64,000 nt of DNA from Longimicrobiales bacterium (GTDB taxonomy: Bacteria > Gemmatimonadota > Gemmatimonadetes > Longimicrobiales > Gaopeijiaceae), in NCBI GenBank assembly GCA_965204735.1, contig OZ242008.1, forward strand, positions 1,024,001 to 1,088,000, given 5' to 3'. A model generated the notes under the pieces. It did not search any database, had not been told where the DNA came from, and was given only the letters and a program-made list of their open reading frames with translations. Both the position numbers and the translations under genes were made by a program. Shown here one piece after another: positions 49,934 through 59,144 of the stretch. Each line of letters opens with the position of its first letter. Position 1 is the first letter of the stretch.

Positions 49934-52035
49934 GATGCCTTCTCCCGGCGACTTCGGCGCCAGCTGTTCCACGTCATTGCGGCCGAAGTTGCCGCCTCTT
50001 CGCCGTCGCGTCCAGCCGACCGGGCAACCGCGCAGCCGGCCAGCACGGCAGCCTCCACCTCCCGAGCCGACGCGCCCGTCTCCAGCGCGCCCCGCAGGTG
50101 GGCTCGCAGCTGGGGACCGGCGCGCCAGGGCACAAGCATGGCCACGAGGCACAGCTCCCGGGTCGACAACGGCAGTCCGGGGCGGCTCATCAGAGCTCCG
50201 TAGCCGTAATCGACCACCAGCCCCGGCAACTCGGGGTGCAGTCCCGAAAGGTGGGCCATGAGGGCCTCGTAGCGCGGTCCGTACACGGCTCGGCACGCCG
50301 CTTCGCCCCTGCGGACCCTTGCCTCCGGGTCGCCGGCCTCGCCGCTGGAACCGTCCGACCCGCAACAACCGACGGCCTTGCCGGCGGCGTCCTCTTCGCC
50401 GTCGCCTTCGTCCGGGCCTCCCGTGTCCGCACGTCGCAGGTCCGCCCACGCGCGCAGCGCGGCCAGGCCCGCCGGAAACCCCGTGACGAAGCACGACATG
50501 AGGAGAAGTTCGTCCACCTCCGCCGGATCGCACCGGGAGGCGGCGACGGCCAGCGACTCGCCCACGAGCTCCGGGTCTCGCGTGCCCAGCGCGGCCGCCG
50601 TCGCCACCAACTGCCCGACCGCCTCGGTGCGGAAGCTCCGCGGCCAAGCCTGCGGCGCGCTCGCCCGCTCGCCCGGACCGGCCGCGGCCCGCGAGACGGC
50701 ATGAACACGCCCGGCGTCCGACGAAGTGGCCCCTTCGTCCCCGGTCCCGCGCTCGTCCGCCGGCCAGCCTTCGTCCCCTTCCAGCACCTCCGCCTGGTGC
50801 TCGCCAATCCGGGGCGGGAACCGGCGCAGGGCCGCCCTGGACCCGTCCCATCGCAGCGGAAGGGCAACGTCCACGTACTCGTCGATGCGAGGATGGCCGG
50901 TCCTTCTCAACATGCCAGTGGCGAGCGTCTGAGGGTCCGCGGCCGCGGCCGACACCGTGTGGATCGGCGCCGCGGGCACCCGGCGCTCCCTAAGCCGCGC
51001 CAACAGGGCGTCCGCCGACATGCGCCGGGTCCGCTCGGATATCGCCGCCGCGAGTCGATCCCGGTCGGCCACTCTCCCGGCGTTCTCGGCGTACTCGGGC
51101 CGCGCCGCCAAGTCGTCCACTCCCAGCGCCTTGCAGAGACGAACGAACACGCGGTCGTTGCCGCCCGCGATCATCACGGCGCCGCCGTCCCCGCACGGGA
51201 ACGCCTGGTACGGCGCGATCATGCCGATCCCCGTGCCCATCCGAGGGGGGTCTTCGCCCGTCGCCAGGCATCCGGTCATCTGGTAGGACACCAGCGCCAG
51301 GGCCGTGTCCAGGAGCGCGGCGGTCACGTGCCTGCCCTTCCCGGTCCGCTCCCGCTCCATCAGCGCGCCCATGACGCCGGCGGCGGCCCACACCCCGGTC
51401 CCCAGGTCCACCACCGAGCCCCCGACCCGCACCGGTCCGCCCTCCGGCTCGCCGGTCAGCGACATCAGACCCGAGCGGGCCTGGAAGAGGGGGTCGTACC
51501 CGGGATCGTTCCGCAGCGGCCCCGTCGGCCCGTGGGACGTCACGGACAGGTACACCACCGCCGGATTGGCCGCCCGCACGGTCCCGTACCCGATCCCCAG
51601 CCGCTCCGCCACGCCGCGCCTGTACGCTTCCACCACCACGTCGGCTTCGGCGGCGAGCCCCAGCGCCCGCCTGCGATGGCCGGGGCGCTTCAGGTCCAGG
51701 GCCACGGCCCGCTTGTTGCGGTTCGCGATCTGGAAGAGAGGACTCTCGCCCCCGACCCAGGGCGGCCCCCAGGCTCGAGCCGAGTCGCCCTCCGGCGGCT
51801 CCACCTTGATCACGTCGGCGCCCAGGTCCCCTAGAATCTGGGTTGCGTAGGGACCCGCCACGTTCTGGGAAAAGTCCAGCACGCGCACGCCCGCAAGGGG
51901 GGCGAAGGGGCCGGCGGGGACCCCGTCGGGCGACTTCTCCTCCGGCGCGCCGGGCAGCCGCTCGCCCGCTGCCGCCGGGGCGGTCTCCGCGTCCGGTTCC
52001 TTCGACGATTCGCGCTGCGGCCCCTCTGGCTGCAC
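49927..52035 (-). CDS. CaiB/BaiF family III CoA-transferase fused to a CMD/AhpD-like domain
   Basis: PLAGVRVLDFSQNVAGP...GADVIKVE, NRNKR and GYD. C-terminal YGALMSRPGLPLSTRELC...QLRAHLRGA. Start uncertain. Confidence 0.82.
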   Translation of the reverse strand: MQPEGPQRESSKEPDAETAPAAAGERLPGAPEEKSPDGVPAGPFAPLAGVRVLDFSQNVAGPYATQILGDLGADVIKVEPPEGDSARAWGPPWVGGESPLFQIANRNKRAVALDLKRPGHRRRALGLAAEADVVVEAYRRGVAERLGIGYGTVRAANPAVVYLSVTSHGPTGPLRNDPGYDPLFQARSGLMSLTGEPEGGPVRVGGSVVDLGTGVWAAAGVMGALMERERTGKGRHVTAALLDTALALVSYQMTGCLATGEDPPRMGTGIGMIAPYQAFPCGDGGAVMIAGGNDRVFVRLCKALGVDDLAARPEYAENAGRVADRDRLAAAISERTRRMSADALLARLRERRVPAAPIHTVSAAAADPQTLATGMLRRTGHPRIDEYVDVALPLRWDGSRAALRRFPPRIGEHQAEVLEGDEGWPADERGTGDEGATSSDAGRVHAVSRAAAGPGERASAPQAWPRSFRTEAVGQLVATAAALGTRDPELVGESLAVAASRCDPAEVDELLLMSCFVTGFPAGLAALRAWADLRRADTGGPDEGDGEEDAAGKAVGCCGSDGSSGEAGDPEARVRRGEAACRAVYGPRYEALMAHLSGLHPELPGLVVDYGYGALMSRPGLPLSTRELCLVAMLVPWRAGPQLRAHLRGALETGASAREVEAAVLAGCAVARSAGRDGEEAATSAAMTWNSWRRSRREKASC

Positions 52036-52146
52036 AGGACCCTCGACACTTGCTGGGGTGGAAATCGCGTAGCTTCTTTGGAAGCATCCGGGCACACGCC
52101 CGGCGCACGCGCCCAATGGAGACCGGCGACAGGGGACCAAGCCCCA

Positions 52147-53070
52147 ATGGATACGATCCGAATCCCGAACAGCGCAACCTACTCCCCGGTGGCCCTGGCC
52201 GACCTGATCTTCGCGGCCCCCCTGGCCTCTCGGCTGCTGCTGGGGGCGACGCTCCCCGGCCGGCTTGTCCAGGCCGCCGCCTTCGGCGCCTACGCCGGCA
52301 GCGCCCTCGGCGACTGGGCCAGCCGCAGGGGCATGCGGAAGATCGACTTCCTCGAGACGTACTCGGCGGACGTGCGCCACATGGAGGAGATGCCCGAGTC
52401 CCGGCGGATCGACGATGCGCGGCGCTTCTCCGAAGAGCTGATGGCGACCCCAGCCCCGACGGACGCCCGGAACCGAGCCGCTCTCGCCGCCGACGTGAAC
52501 GAGCGCCTGACCTCGTACATCGCCGGCGTCACCGGCCAACGGGTGGAGACCAGCAGCTCGGTGCGGGAGATGACGCTGGCCCGCCTCCTCATGCCCTTCG
52601 CCGTCGGAAGCTGCGACATCCTCTCCGGCGACGTGGCCGTCTTCCGGGACACGGGCGTCTTCGAGCCCCACGTGCTGGCCCACGAGTTCTGCCACCGCAA
52701 GGGGTACCTGAAGGAGCTGGAAGCCCAGGCGCTTGCCTACCTGGCCTTGTCCGGCTCCCGAGACCCTCGGCTCCGGCGCGCGGCCTTGGCGGAGCGGGTG
52801 TACCGCAACCTGCGGGTGCTGGACGGCGAGGACCCCGAACGCTACGGCCGGCTCCTGGACGAGACCGCCCTTGCGGGCAGCGTGCTGGAGGACTTCCGGC
52901 GGCTCCGTCCCCCGGACCGTCGCGAAGGCGTCGTCTCCAGCGCCATGCGCGAGATGTACGACGCCCGCATGAAGCTCACCGGCCAGAACGGCCTCTCGGA
53001 CTACGACCGCGGCTTCACCAACTTCCTGTACACGTACGAGAAGTCGGTCGCCCGGGGCTGCGCCGCGTGA
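52147..53070 (+). CDS. Zinc metalloprotease-like protein (DUF3810-like)
   Basis: HEFCHRKGYLKELEA (HExxH...E). Confidence 0.65.
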   Translation: MDTIRIPNSATYSPVALADLIFAAPLASRLLLGATLPGRLVQAAAFGAYAGSALGDWASRRGMRKIDFLETYSADVRHMEEMPESRRIDDARRFSEELMATPAPTDARNRAALAADVNERLTSYIAGVTGQRVETSSSVREMTLARLLMPFAVGSCDILSGDVAVFRDTGVFEPHVLAHEFCHRKGYLKELEAQALAYLALSGSRDPRLRRAALAERVYRNLRVLDGEDPERYGRLLDETALAGSVLEDFRRLRPPDRREGVVSSAMREMYDARMKLTGQNGLSDYDRGFTNFLYTYEKSVARGCAA

Positions 53071-53651
53071 GCCGTCTCCTTGCCGTGCAGGGCAAGGCTG
53101 CCAGCGACCTTGCCTACATCCGCGACACCATGGACCGCTCCAGCCGGTTCACGGCCGTCTCGGGCTGGGGAGGCGTGGGGCAGGCGGCGGTGGCGTTCGC
53201 TGCCGCGCCGCTGGCCCGCGCCCAGCCGGACCCCGGCGGATGGCTCGCCGTCTGGCTGGCGGCGGCGGCGCTGGGCTTCGCGGTCGGGACCGCGTCGATC
53301 TTCCTCAAGTCCCGGAGCGCCGGGGAACCCCTTGCTCGCGGCGCCGGCCGTCGGTTCGCGCTGGGGCTGGGGCCGCCGGTCTTCGTCGGGGGACTGCTGA
53401 CCGTCGCCCTTCACTCGGCCGGCGCGACCGGCCTTCTGCCGGCGACGTGGCTGCTGGTGTTCGGCGCAGGCCTCGCCACCGCCGGAGCGTGGTCGGTTCC
53501 CACGATCCCGGTCATGGGCGTCGCCTTCCTGGCGACCGGCGCGGCGGCCGTCGTCGCCGGTCCAGCGTGGGGCGACCACTTCATGGCCCTGGGCTTCGGC
53601 GGCATCAACCTCGCCGGCGGCGTCTTCGTCGTCCGCAAGTACGGTGGCTGA
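53067..53651 (+). CDS. Integral membrane protein
   Basis: DLAYIRDTMDRSSRFTAVSGWGG followed by about six TM helices. Coupled to the downstream regulator. Confidence 0.75.
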   Translation: MSRLLAVQGKAASDLAYIRDTMDRSSRFTAVSGWGGVGQAAVAFAAAPLARAQPDPGGWLAVWLAAAALGFAVGTASIFLKSRSAGEPLARGAGRRFALGLGPPVFVGGLLTVALHSAGATGLLPATWLLVFGAGLATAGAWSVPTIPVMGVAFLATGAAAVVAGPAWGDHFMALGFGGINLAGGVFVVRKYGG

Positions 53652-54174
53652 AGGGAGCCGGGCCGTCGTGCCGCGTTCGCCGCCGCGTCAGCCGAAGGGA
53701 CTCGAAAGCACGAGGGGGAAGAAGGGGGCTCCGAAGCCCGGTTCGGCGGAGACGCCGGTGGAAGCGCGCCAGCCGCATCCGCCAACCCGGCGCCGCAAGC
53801 ATCCGGAGCCCGTTTCGGCGGGGACGCCGGTGGAAGCGCTGGTCCGGGGCGGTCGGGCGGCGAGCAGCCTGGACAACGTGATCCACCAACGGGTCCGGCT
53901 GGGGGTCGCAGCTGCGCTGGCGGCGGCGGAGCGCCTCGCCTTCACCGACCTGAAGCGCCTGCTGGACGTGACCGACGGCAACCTCTCGGTCCACCTGCGC
54001 AAGCTGGAGGACGCGGGCTACGTCTCGTGCGACAAGAGCTTCCGCCGCCGTAGGCCCGTGACGCGCTACCGCCTGACCCGCACCGGTCGCCGGGCGCTGG
54101 AGGAGTACCTCTCCCACATGGAGTCGCTCATCGGAGCCGCGCGCGCGCCTCGCGAGCCGCAAACGCGCACCTGA
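53644..54174 (+). CDS. Winged-helix transcriptional regulator (HTH_34/MarR-like)
   Basis: LDNVIHQRVRLGV...FTDLK...TDGNLSVHLRKLEDAGYV. Confidence 0.88.
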   Translation: MAEGSRAVVPRSPPRQPKGLESTRGKKGAPKPGSAETPVEARQPHPPTRRRKHPEPVSAGTPVEALVRGGRAASSLDNVIHQRVRLGVAAALAAAERLAFTDLKRLLDVTDGNLSVHLRKLEDAGYVSCDKSFRRRRPVTRYRLTRTGRRALEEYLSHMESLIGAARAPREPQTRT

Positions 54175-54295
54175 CGGGCCTCAGCCCGGCCGAGCGGCGG
54201 CCCCTTGCGTCCTCTGGCGGGGGGGGGCATCTTGACGGGGATGCAAGGACGCCGCCATGAAGAATCGCATCTAGAGGCTTGTCGGGAGGGTGTTC

Positions 54296-55510
54296 ATGTC
54301 CGCCAATCGCACCGAGTTGCCGCTTCCCGCGACCGTGGTCGTGCTGCTGCCCTGCCTGCTGGCAGCTGCCTGTGGTCCCACTTCCGACGCCGGCGGTGCA
54401 GCCGGGAGCCACGGTTCGCAAGCATGACCGGAAGCCGCACTCCGGCTGGCGGAAGAGCCCGCGCTGCTGATCGGCGTGCAGGAAGGTCCGGACGAGTACA
54501 TTCTGCACAACATCGACGGAGCGGCTGCTCTGACCGACGGGAGCGTGGCCGCAGCCGTCACTGGATCGCATGAGATTCGCAAGTACGACTCGCAGGGGAG
54601 GCACCTGTGGAGCCGGGGGCGGTACGGCGAGGGACCGGGGGAGTACCAAGGCGTCATGCTGCTGCGCGGGTGCACCAGCGACGAGTCCATAGTCGCATAC
54701 GACATCTACAATCGCCGGGTCACCAAGCTCGACGAGCGCGGGGACCTGATCGCCGACTTCCCTCTTGAGTTCGAAGGGGGACGGCCCTACGTGCTGGAAT
54801 GCTCTCCGAGCGGGCGGTTCGTCTTCTCCGCGTGGGGCGAGCTGCGGGCCGAGAGCCCTGGACCACACCGCTGGGAGGTTCCCGTCGCGTTCACCGACAG
54901 CGCCGAGTCCGACATCGTGTTGCTCCGCGACAACGTTCCCGGCCAAGACCGGGTTCAGTACTTCGAGGACGACCAGATGACGACCAACGGGCCGCGGGTG
55001 TGGGCCCGGCGCATCGTCTTGGGCGCGACCGACTCGGGGGCGTGGCTGGGCACGGGAGACGACTACGAGCTCGAGTTCCTCGGATGGGACGGCGCCACGT
55101 TGCGGCGGCTCCGATGGGAGGGACCGGAGCTGGACGTGACCGCGGGGGACGTAGACCGGCGTCGTGAGAGTCTGCGCACCCAGTACAGCGCTCGCGACGA
55201 TCCGAACTGGAGGCCCGCCTTCCAGCGCCGGTGGGACAGCGAGAAGGAACTGCTGCCGTCGGTCTTCCCGGCGTACTCGAGGGCTCTGGTGCCCAGGGGC
55301 GGCGGTGTTTGGGTGGAGGACTTTCGGCGGCCGGGACAGGCAGAGCGCGAATGGCTCCTCTTCGACGCCGACGGAGCATGGACGGCCACTTTGTCGGTGC
55401 CCGCGCGAACAGTCGTCCTGGACGCAGGCGTCGACTGGGCGCTGGTGCGGGAAACGGACGACGTAGGGGTACAGCGGATCGCCAAGTACGGGCTGGTCGC
55501 CTCGTCCTGA
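54296..55510 (+). pseudogene. Six-bladed beta-propeller lipoprotein interrupted by in-frame TGA (54425-54427)
   Basis: MSANRTELPLPATVVVLLPCLLAAAC (lipobox)...SQA*PEAALRLAEEPALLIG is in frame with ORF 54476-55510, which contains GEGPGEY. Confidence 0.65.
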
Positions 55511-57667
55511 CTAGAGGTACGGGCGCAGCCAGGGGGCGACGGAGACCACCAGCTCGAAGCGACCCCGCGGGAGCCCCCATGCTCCGTCTACGCGCACGAT
55601 CTCGTGAAGCGTGGCGAGCCCTACTCCCGCGTAGCCCAGCAAGCCGCCGGTGGCAGCGACGCTCCCCTTCCGGCCGGCAGCCTCCGCAGCGTTCCCTGTC
55701 GCCCCGGCGCCCGCCAGCGCTCGCACCGCCAGCCATCCCGTCACCAAGCTCGCGGACGCCTCCGCTTGCGCCAAGAGCAGCGCCCGACCGCCGTACTCGC
55801 GGAAGCGGTGGCCCGGCAGCGTTCCCCGTCCCCCGACGAAGAAGAGACGCTGACGCGGCACGGCCCCCCAGGACCGGCCCGCCTCCAACCACGCCGAAGC
55901 CCGCCGGGAATAGTCCCCGGCCGCAACGTGCCCCACCAGGCGAGCGGCCAGCGTCGCCGTTCCGCTCCCCTCCCAGCGTCCGGCAGTCCCATTCGCCGCC
56001 AGCTGGACGCCCCACGCCCCGGACCCGCCCCACTTGCGCGACCAGCCTGCCTCGATCCCCGCAAGCACTCCGTCGTCGGCCCGCCGAAGCGGCCTTGGCG
56101 GCGGCGTCCGCCGACCGTCCAGGTCCCCGTCGCCCGCCGCCGGATGCTCCCGTCGGTCGGGCCACTCCCGCTCGAACCAGCTCTCGGCCGCGCCCGCGTG
56201 CCGCTCGCCGAACCCGGCGACCCAGGCCGTGCCGCCGTCGCTCCACCGCCGCGCCACCGTGGCCCGCGCGCCCGACGCGAAGTAGGGATCGGAGTAGTCC
56301 CACTGCCGCGCCAGGGCCGCCACGGTGTTGACCACGCCCGCCGCGACGGGCCGGTGACCGGCGTCGCGCAGCTGCCGCCCGAACGCCTCCACGGTCGCCG
56401 AGACCCGACCTTCGGCCAGCCGGCCGCTTGCCGCTCGCCCCCCGCCGAAGTCCCATCGGCCCCGAACCGTGCCGCTCCCCTTTCGGCTCCACGTTCCGTA
56501 GCCCCCCATCGCCTCGAGCCGAACGTCGGCGGAGGACCAGTAGGACGCCCCGATCCCCATGCGCACGCCCTCCGCGGCGTTGACCCGCACCACTGACGAC
56601 GCCCCGTCGGCGTACAGCCGAAGCCGCGGCAGCCCGCTCGCCGCCAGCGCCCGCGCACTCGCCCGCGCCTCGGCCTCCACTTCCGCCAGGCCGATCGGCG
56701 ACAACCCTTCCTCCGCCATTCGATCCGCGAGTCCGCCACTGAAGACTGCGGAGTCCGCCGCGCCGTAGGGCAGGCGCACCACCGAGGCGCCACGGAAGAA
56801 GTCGTCCTCGAGCTCCGGCTCGAAGTCGTACCCGGTCACTTCCAGCTTCGCCCGGATCACCGAGCCCACGGGCAGGTCCAGCTCCGGCGTCTCTCGCCTT
56901 ACCTCCACGGTCTGGCGGTAGGGCAGCCAGAACGCCTCCTCCCACAGGGCGTGCTCCAGCCTCACCGTCACCCGGTCGGTGCGCGGGTCCACGTAGGACG
57001 CCGGCGTGAAGGTGAAGTCCATCCGCACCAGCCCCCCGGCGTCCGCCTCCAGGAAGACGCTGCCGACGAAGCCGGGCAGGTCCGCCTCCTTCGGGCGCAC
57101 TTCCACCTCGTAGACCCTCACCGGGGAAGGCAGAGTCGGAACCTGGAGCCTCAGCGAGTCCACGATCCGGTAGTCGTATCGCACCGTCGCGCCCGAGCCC
57201 AGCGGGTGGGGCACGCCCCTCACGTCTCGTCCCTGGCCGACGACGATCTGGTCGCCGAAGCCGTTCTGCACGACGGTCAGGCGGTCGATGTAGTAGTCGA
57301 AGTCCCGCACCGGCAGGAACTCCCTGCGGCGCAAGCCGCGCATCACCTGCCGCGTCCGGCCCGTCTCGCTCCGGTACAGGTCCAGCGCCACTTGGTCCAC
57401 CCGCAAGGGCGCCGGAGCGCCGCCGTCTTCCCGGTCGAGGTAGAAGTAGACGTGCCCGTCCGCCGTTGCGCGGTACGGCGCTCCGAAGTGCGCCGTCAGC
57501 CGGGCCGCCTGGGCCGCCCGAACCAGCCGAAGCGCCGCAAGCGAGTCCGAGCCGGCGAGGCCGCTGGTCTGGCCCAGGACCGCCCCGGGCGAAGCGACGA
57601 GCGCTCCGCCGACCAGAAGAACGCCGACGAGCGCAAGGCCGCCGCCGAGGACGGCAGCAAGCCTCAG
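55511..57667 (-). CDS. Probable outer-membrane/secreted protein with C-terminal beta-barrel
   Basis: Signal-like LAAVLGGGLALVGVLLVGG, Omp85-like GGRGTLPGH and terminal beta-strands. Start uncertain. Confidence 0.6.
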   Translation of the reverse strand: MRLAAVLGGGLALVGVLLVGGALVASPGAVLGQTSGLAGSDSLAALRLVRAAQAARLTAHFGAPYRATADGHVYFYLDREDGGAPAPLRVDQVALDLYRSETGRTRQVMRGLRRREFLPVRDFDYYIDRLTVVQNGFGDQIVVGQGRDVRGVPHPLGSGATVRYDYRIVDSLRLQVPTLPSPVRVYEVEVRPKEADLPGFVGSVFLEADAGGLVRMDFTFTPASYVDPRTDRVTVRLEHALWEEAFWLPYRQTVEVRRETPELDLPVGSVIRAKLEVTGYDFEPELEDDFFRGASVVRLPYGAADSAVFSGGLADRMAEEGLSPIGLAEVEAEARASARALAASGLPRLRLYADGASSVVRVNAAEGVRMGIGASYWSSADVRLEAMGGYGTWSRKGSGTVRGRWDFGGGRAASGRLAEGRVSATVEAFGRQLRDAGHRPVAAGVVNTVAALARQWDYSDPYFASGARATVARRWSDGGTAWVAGFGERHAGAAESWFEREWPDRREHPAAGDGDLDGRRTPPPRPLRRADDGVLAGIEAGWSRKWGGSGAWGVQLAANGTAGRWEGSGTATLAARLVGHVAAGDYSRRASAWLEAGRSWGAVPRQRLFFVGGRGTLPGHRFREYGGRALLLAQAEASASLVTGWLAVRALAGAGATGNAAEAAGRKGSVAATGGLLGYAGVGLATLHEIVRVDGAWGLPRGRFELVVSVAPWLRPYL

Positions 57668-57903
57668 GTAATGTCCTGGAGCGTCAGCCCGTTCTTCCGC
57701 AGGAACCGATGCAGGCCCAGCTTGTCGATCGACCGGAGCGCCGAAGTCGACACCTTGATCCGGATCCACTTGCCCGCCTCGGGGTCGAATATCCGCTTCT
57801 TCTGAAGGTTCGGCAGCTGCCGCTTCTTCGTCTTGTTGTGGGCGTGAGAGACGTTGCAGCCCGTCAGGGGACGCTTTCCCGTGATCTCGCACCTGCGGGA
57901 CAT
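57664..57903 (-). CDS. rpmB: 50S ribosomal protein L28
   Basis: MSRRCEITGKRP..GCNVSHAHNKTKKRQLPNLQ. Confidence 0.97.
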   Translation of the reverse strand: MSRRCEITGKRPLTGCNVSHAHNKTKKRQLPNLQKKRIFDPEAGKWIRIKVSTSALRSIDKLGLHRFLRKNGLTLQDIT

Positions 57904-58074
57904 CTACTTCTCTTCCTTGAAGAGGACGTGGCGGCGGACAACGGGATCGTACCGCTTCAGCTGGAGCCGCTGCGGGTTGTTGCGCCGGTTCTTCGTGGTG
58001 GTGAAGCGGTACGGACTCTCCGAGCTGGACATCTTGATCGTGACTCGAGGGCCCTTTCCGGACTTCTTCGCCAT
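57904..58074 (-). CDS. rpmG: 50S ribosomal protein L33 (Cys-free form)
   Basis: [30 protein letters not shown]. Confidence 0.96.
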   Translation of the reverse strand: MAKKSGKGPRVTIKMSSSESPYRFTTTKNRRNNPQRLQLKRYDPVVRRHVLFKEEK

Positions 58075-58169
58075 GCTTTCCTCCCTGCCGGCCCCACGGG
58101 GGTCCTCTTCCGGCGGTCCGTGGGGCAGAGACCGACCGACTCGCAACGACAGCCCAACAAGATAGCGAG

Positions 58170-58199
58170 TTGACCCGCCAAGTCCAGCGGGATTAGTCT
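58170..58199 (+). promoter_or_regulatory. Putative sigma70 promoter for rpmE2
   Basis: TTGACC, 18 bp, TAGTCT. Confidence 0.4.
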
Positions 58200-58262
58200 T
58201 CACGTTTCGCCTGCGACCAATGCCCGCGCGAACGAAGAGGCGCGGCCCCAGGAAGCCCGACC

Positions 58263-58511
58263 GTGAAGAAAGACATCCATCCCAGCTACCGACCCGTCGT
58301 CTTTCGGGACGTCTCGACGGGCTACGCCTTCCTTTCCCGGTCCACGGTGCGCACCGACCGGAAGACCAAGTGGGAGGACGGCAAGGAGTACCCCCTCGTC
58401 ACCTTGGAGATCTCCTCGTCGTCCCATCCCTTCTACACTGGAACGCAGCGCCTCCTCGACACCGCAGGCCGGGTCGAGCGCTTCAACAAGCGGTACGCCG
58501 GAGAGAAGTAG
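58263..58511 (+). CDS. rpmE2: 50S ribosomal protein L31 type B
   Basis: [16 protein letters not shown]...[12 protein letters not shown]...DTAGRVERF, with no Cys. Confidence 0.96.
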   Translation: MKKDIHPSYRPVVFRDVSTGYAFLSRSTVRTDRKTKWEDGKEYPLVTLEISSSSHPFYTGTQRLLDTAGRVERFNKRYAGEK

Positions 58512-58514
58512 AGC

Positions 58515-59144
58515 GTGGCGGCCGGTCCTCTGGTCGACCACCTCGTCTTCGCCGTCCCCGACGTCTCGGCGGGCGTGGCGGAGATGGAGGCGCGGCTGGG
58601 GGTCTCCTTCTCGCCCGGCGGCAGCCACCCCGGCGCGGGAACCCGCAACGCCTTGCTGCGACTCGGCGACGGCGTCTACCTGGAAGTGGTGGGACCCGAC
58701 CCGGAGCAGCCGGCGCCTCCCGACGGGCTCTGGCTTGCCGACGGCGGCCCCGCCTTGCCGGCCCTGGTCACCTGGGCCTCCCGCTCCAGCGACCTGGGCG
58801 CCCTGACCCAGGGACCCGGGGGCCACCTGCTGGGTCCGGTTCGCTCCATGTCCCGCCAGAACGAAGACGGCAGCGTCCTCTCCTGGACCTTGACGATGCC
58901 GGTGCGACCTCTCCCAAGAGGCGGCGTCGTGCCCTTCTTCATCGACTGGGGCGAGTCCGTCCATCCTTCGGCGGCTCTTCCGCACACGGGGCTCCGGCTG
59001 GCCGGGCTCCGCGGCCGACACCCGGCGCCGGGCGCGGTGACCGACGAGCTGGCGGCCCTGGGCGTCGAGATGCGCATCGACCCGGGCGAGCCGGGAATCG
59101 AGGCAGCCTTGGAGCGCGCGGACGGCACGCGGATCGTGCTTTAG
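58515..59144 (+). CDS. VOC/glyoxalase-like family protein
   Basis: VDHLV...GGSHPGAGTRNALL...YLEVV...PFFIDW. Confidence 0.88.
   Translation: MAAGPLVDHLVFAVPDVSAGVAEMEARLGVSFSPGGSHPGAGTRNALLRLGDGVYLEVVGPDPEQPAPPDGLWLADGGPALPALVTWASRSSDLGALTQGPGGHLLGPVRSMSRQNEDGSVLSWTLTMPVRPLPRGGVVPFFIDWGESVHPSAALPHTGLRLAGLRGRHPAPGAVTDELAALGVEMRIDPGEPGIEAALERADGTRIVL

Noticed and set aside
48626..50851. 741-aa ATPase with a long N-terminal extension
   Set aside because: The extension overlaps the CoA-transferase/CMD gene out of frame. The ATPase motif starts at GTG 49933.
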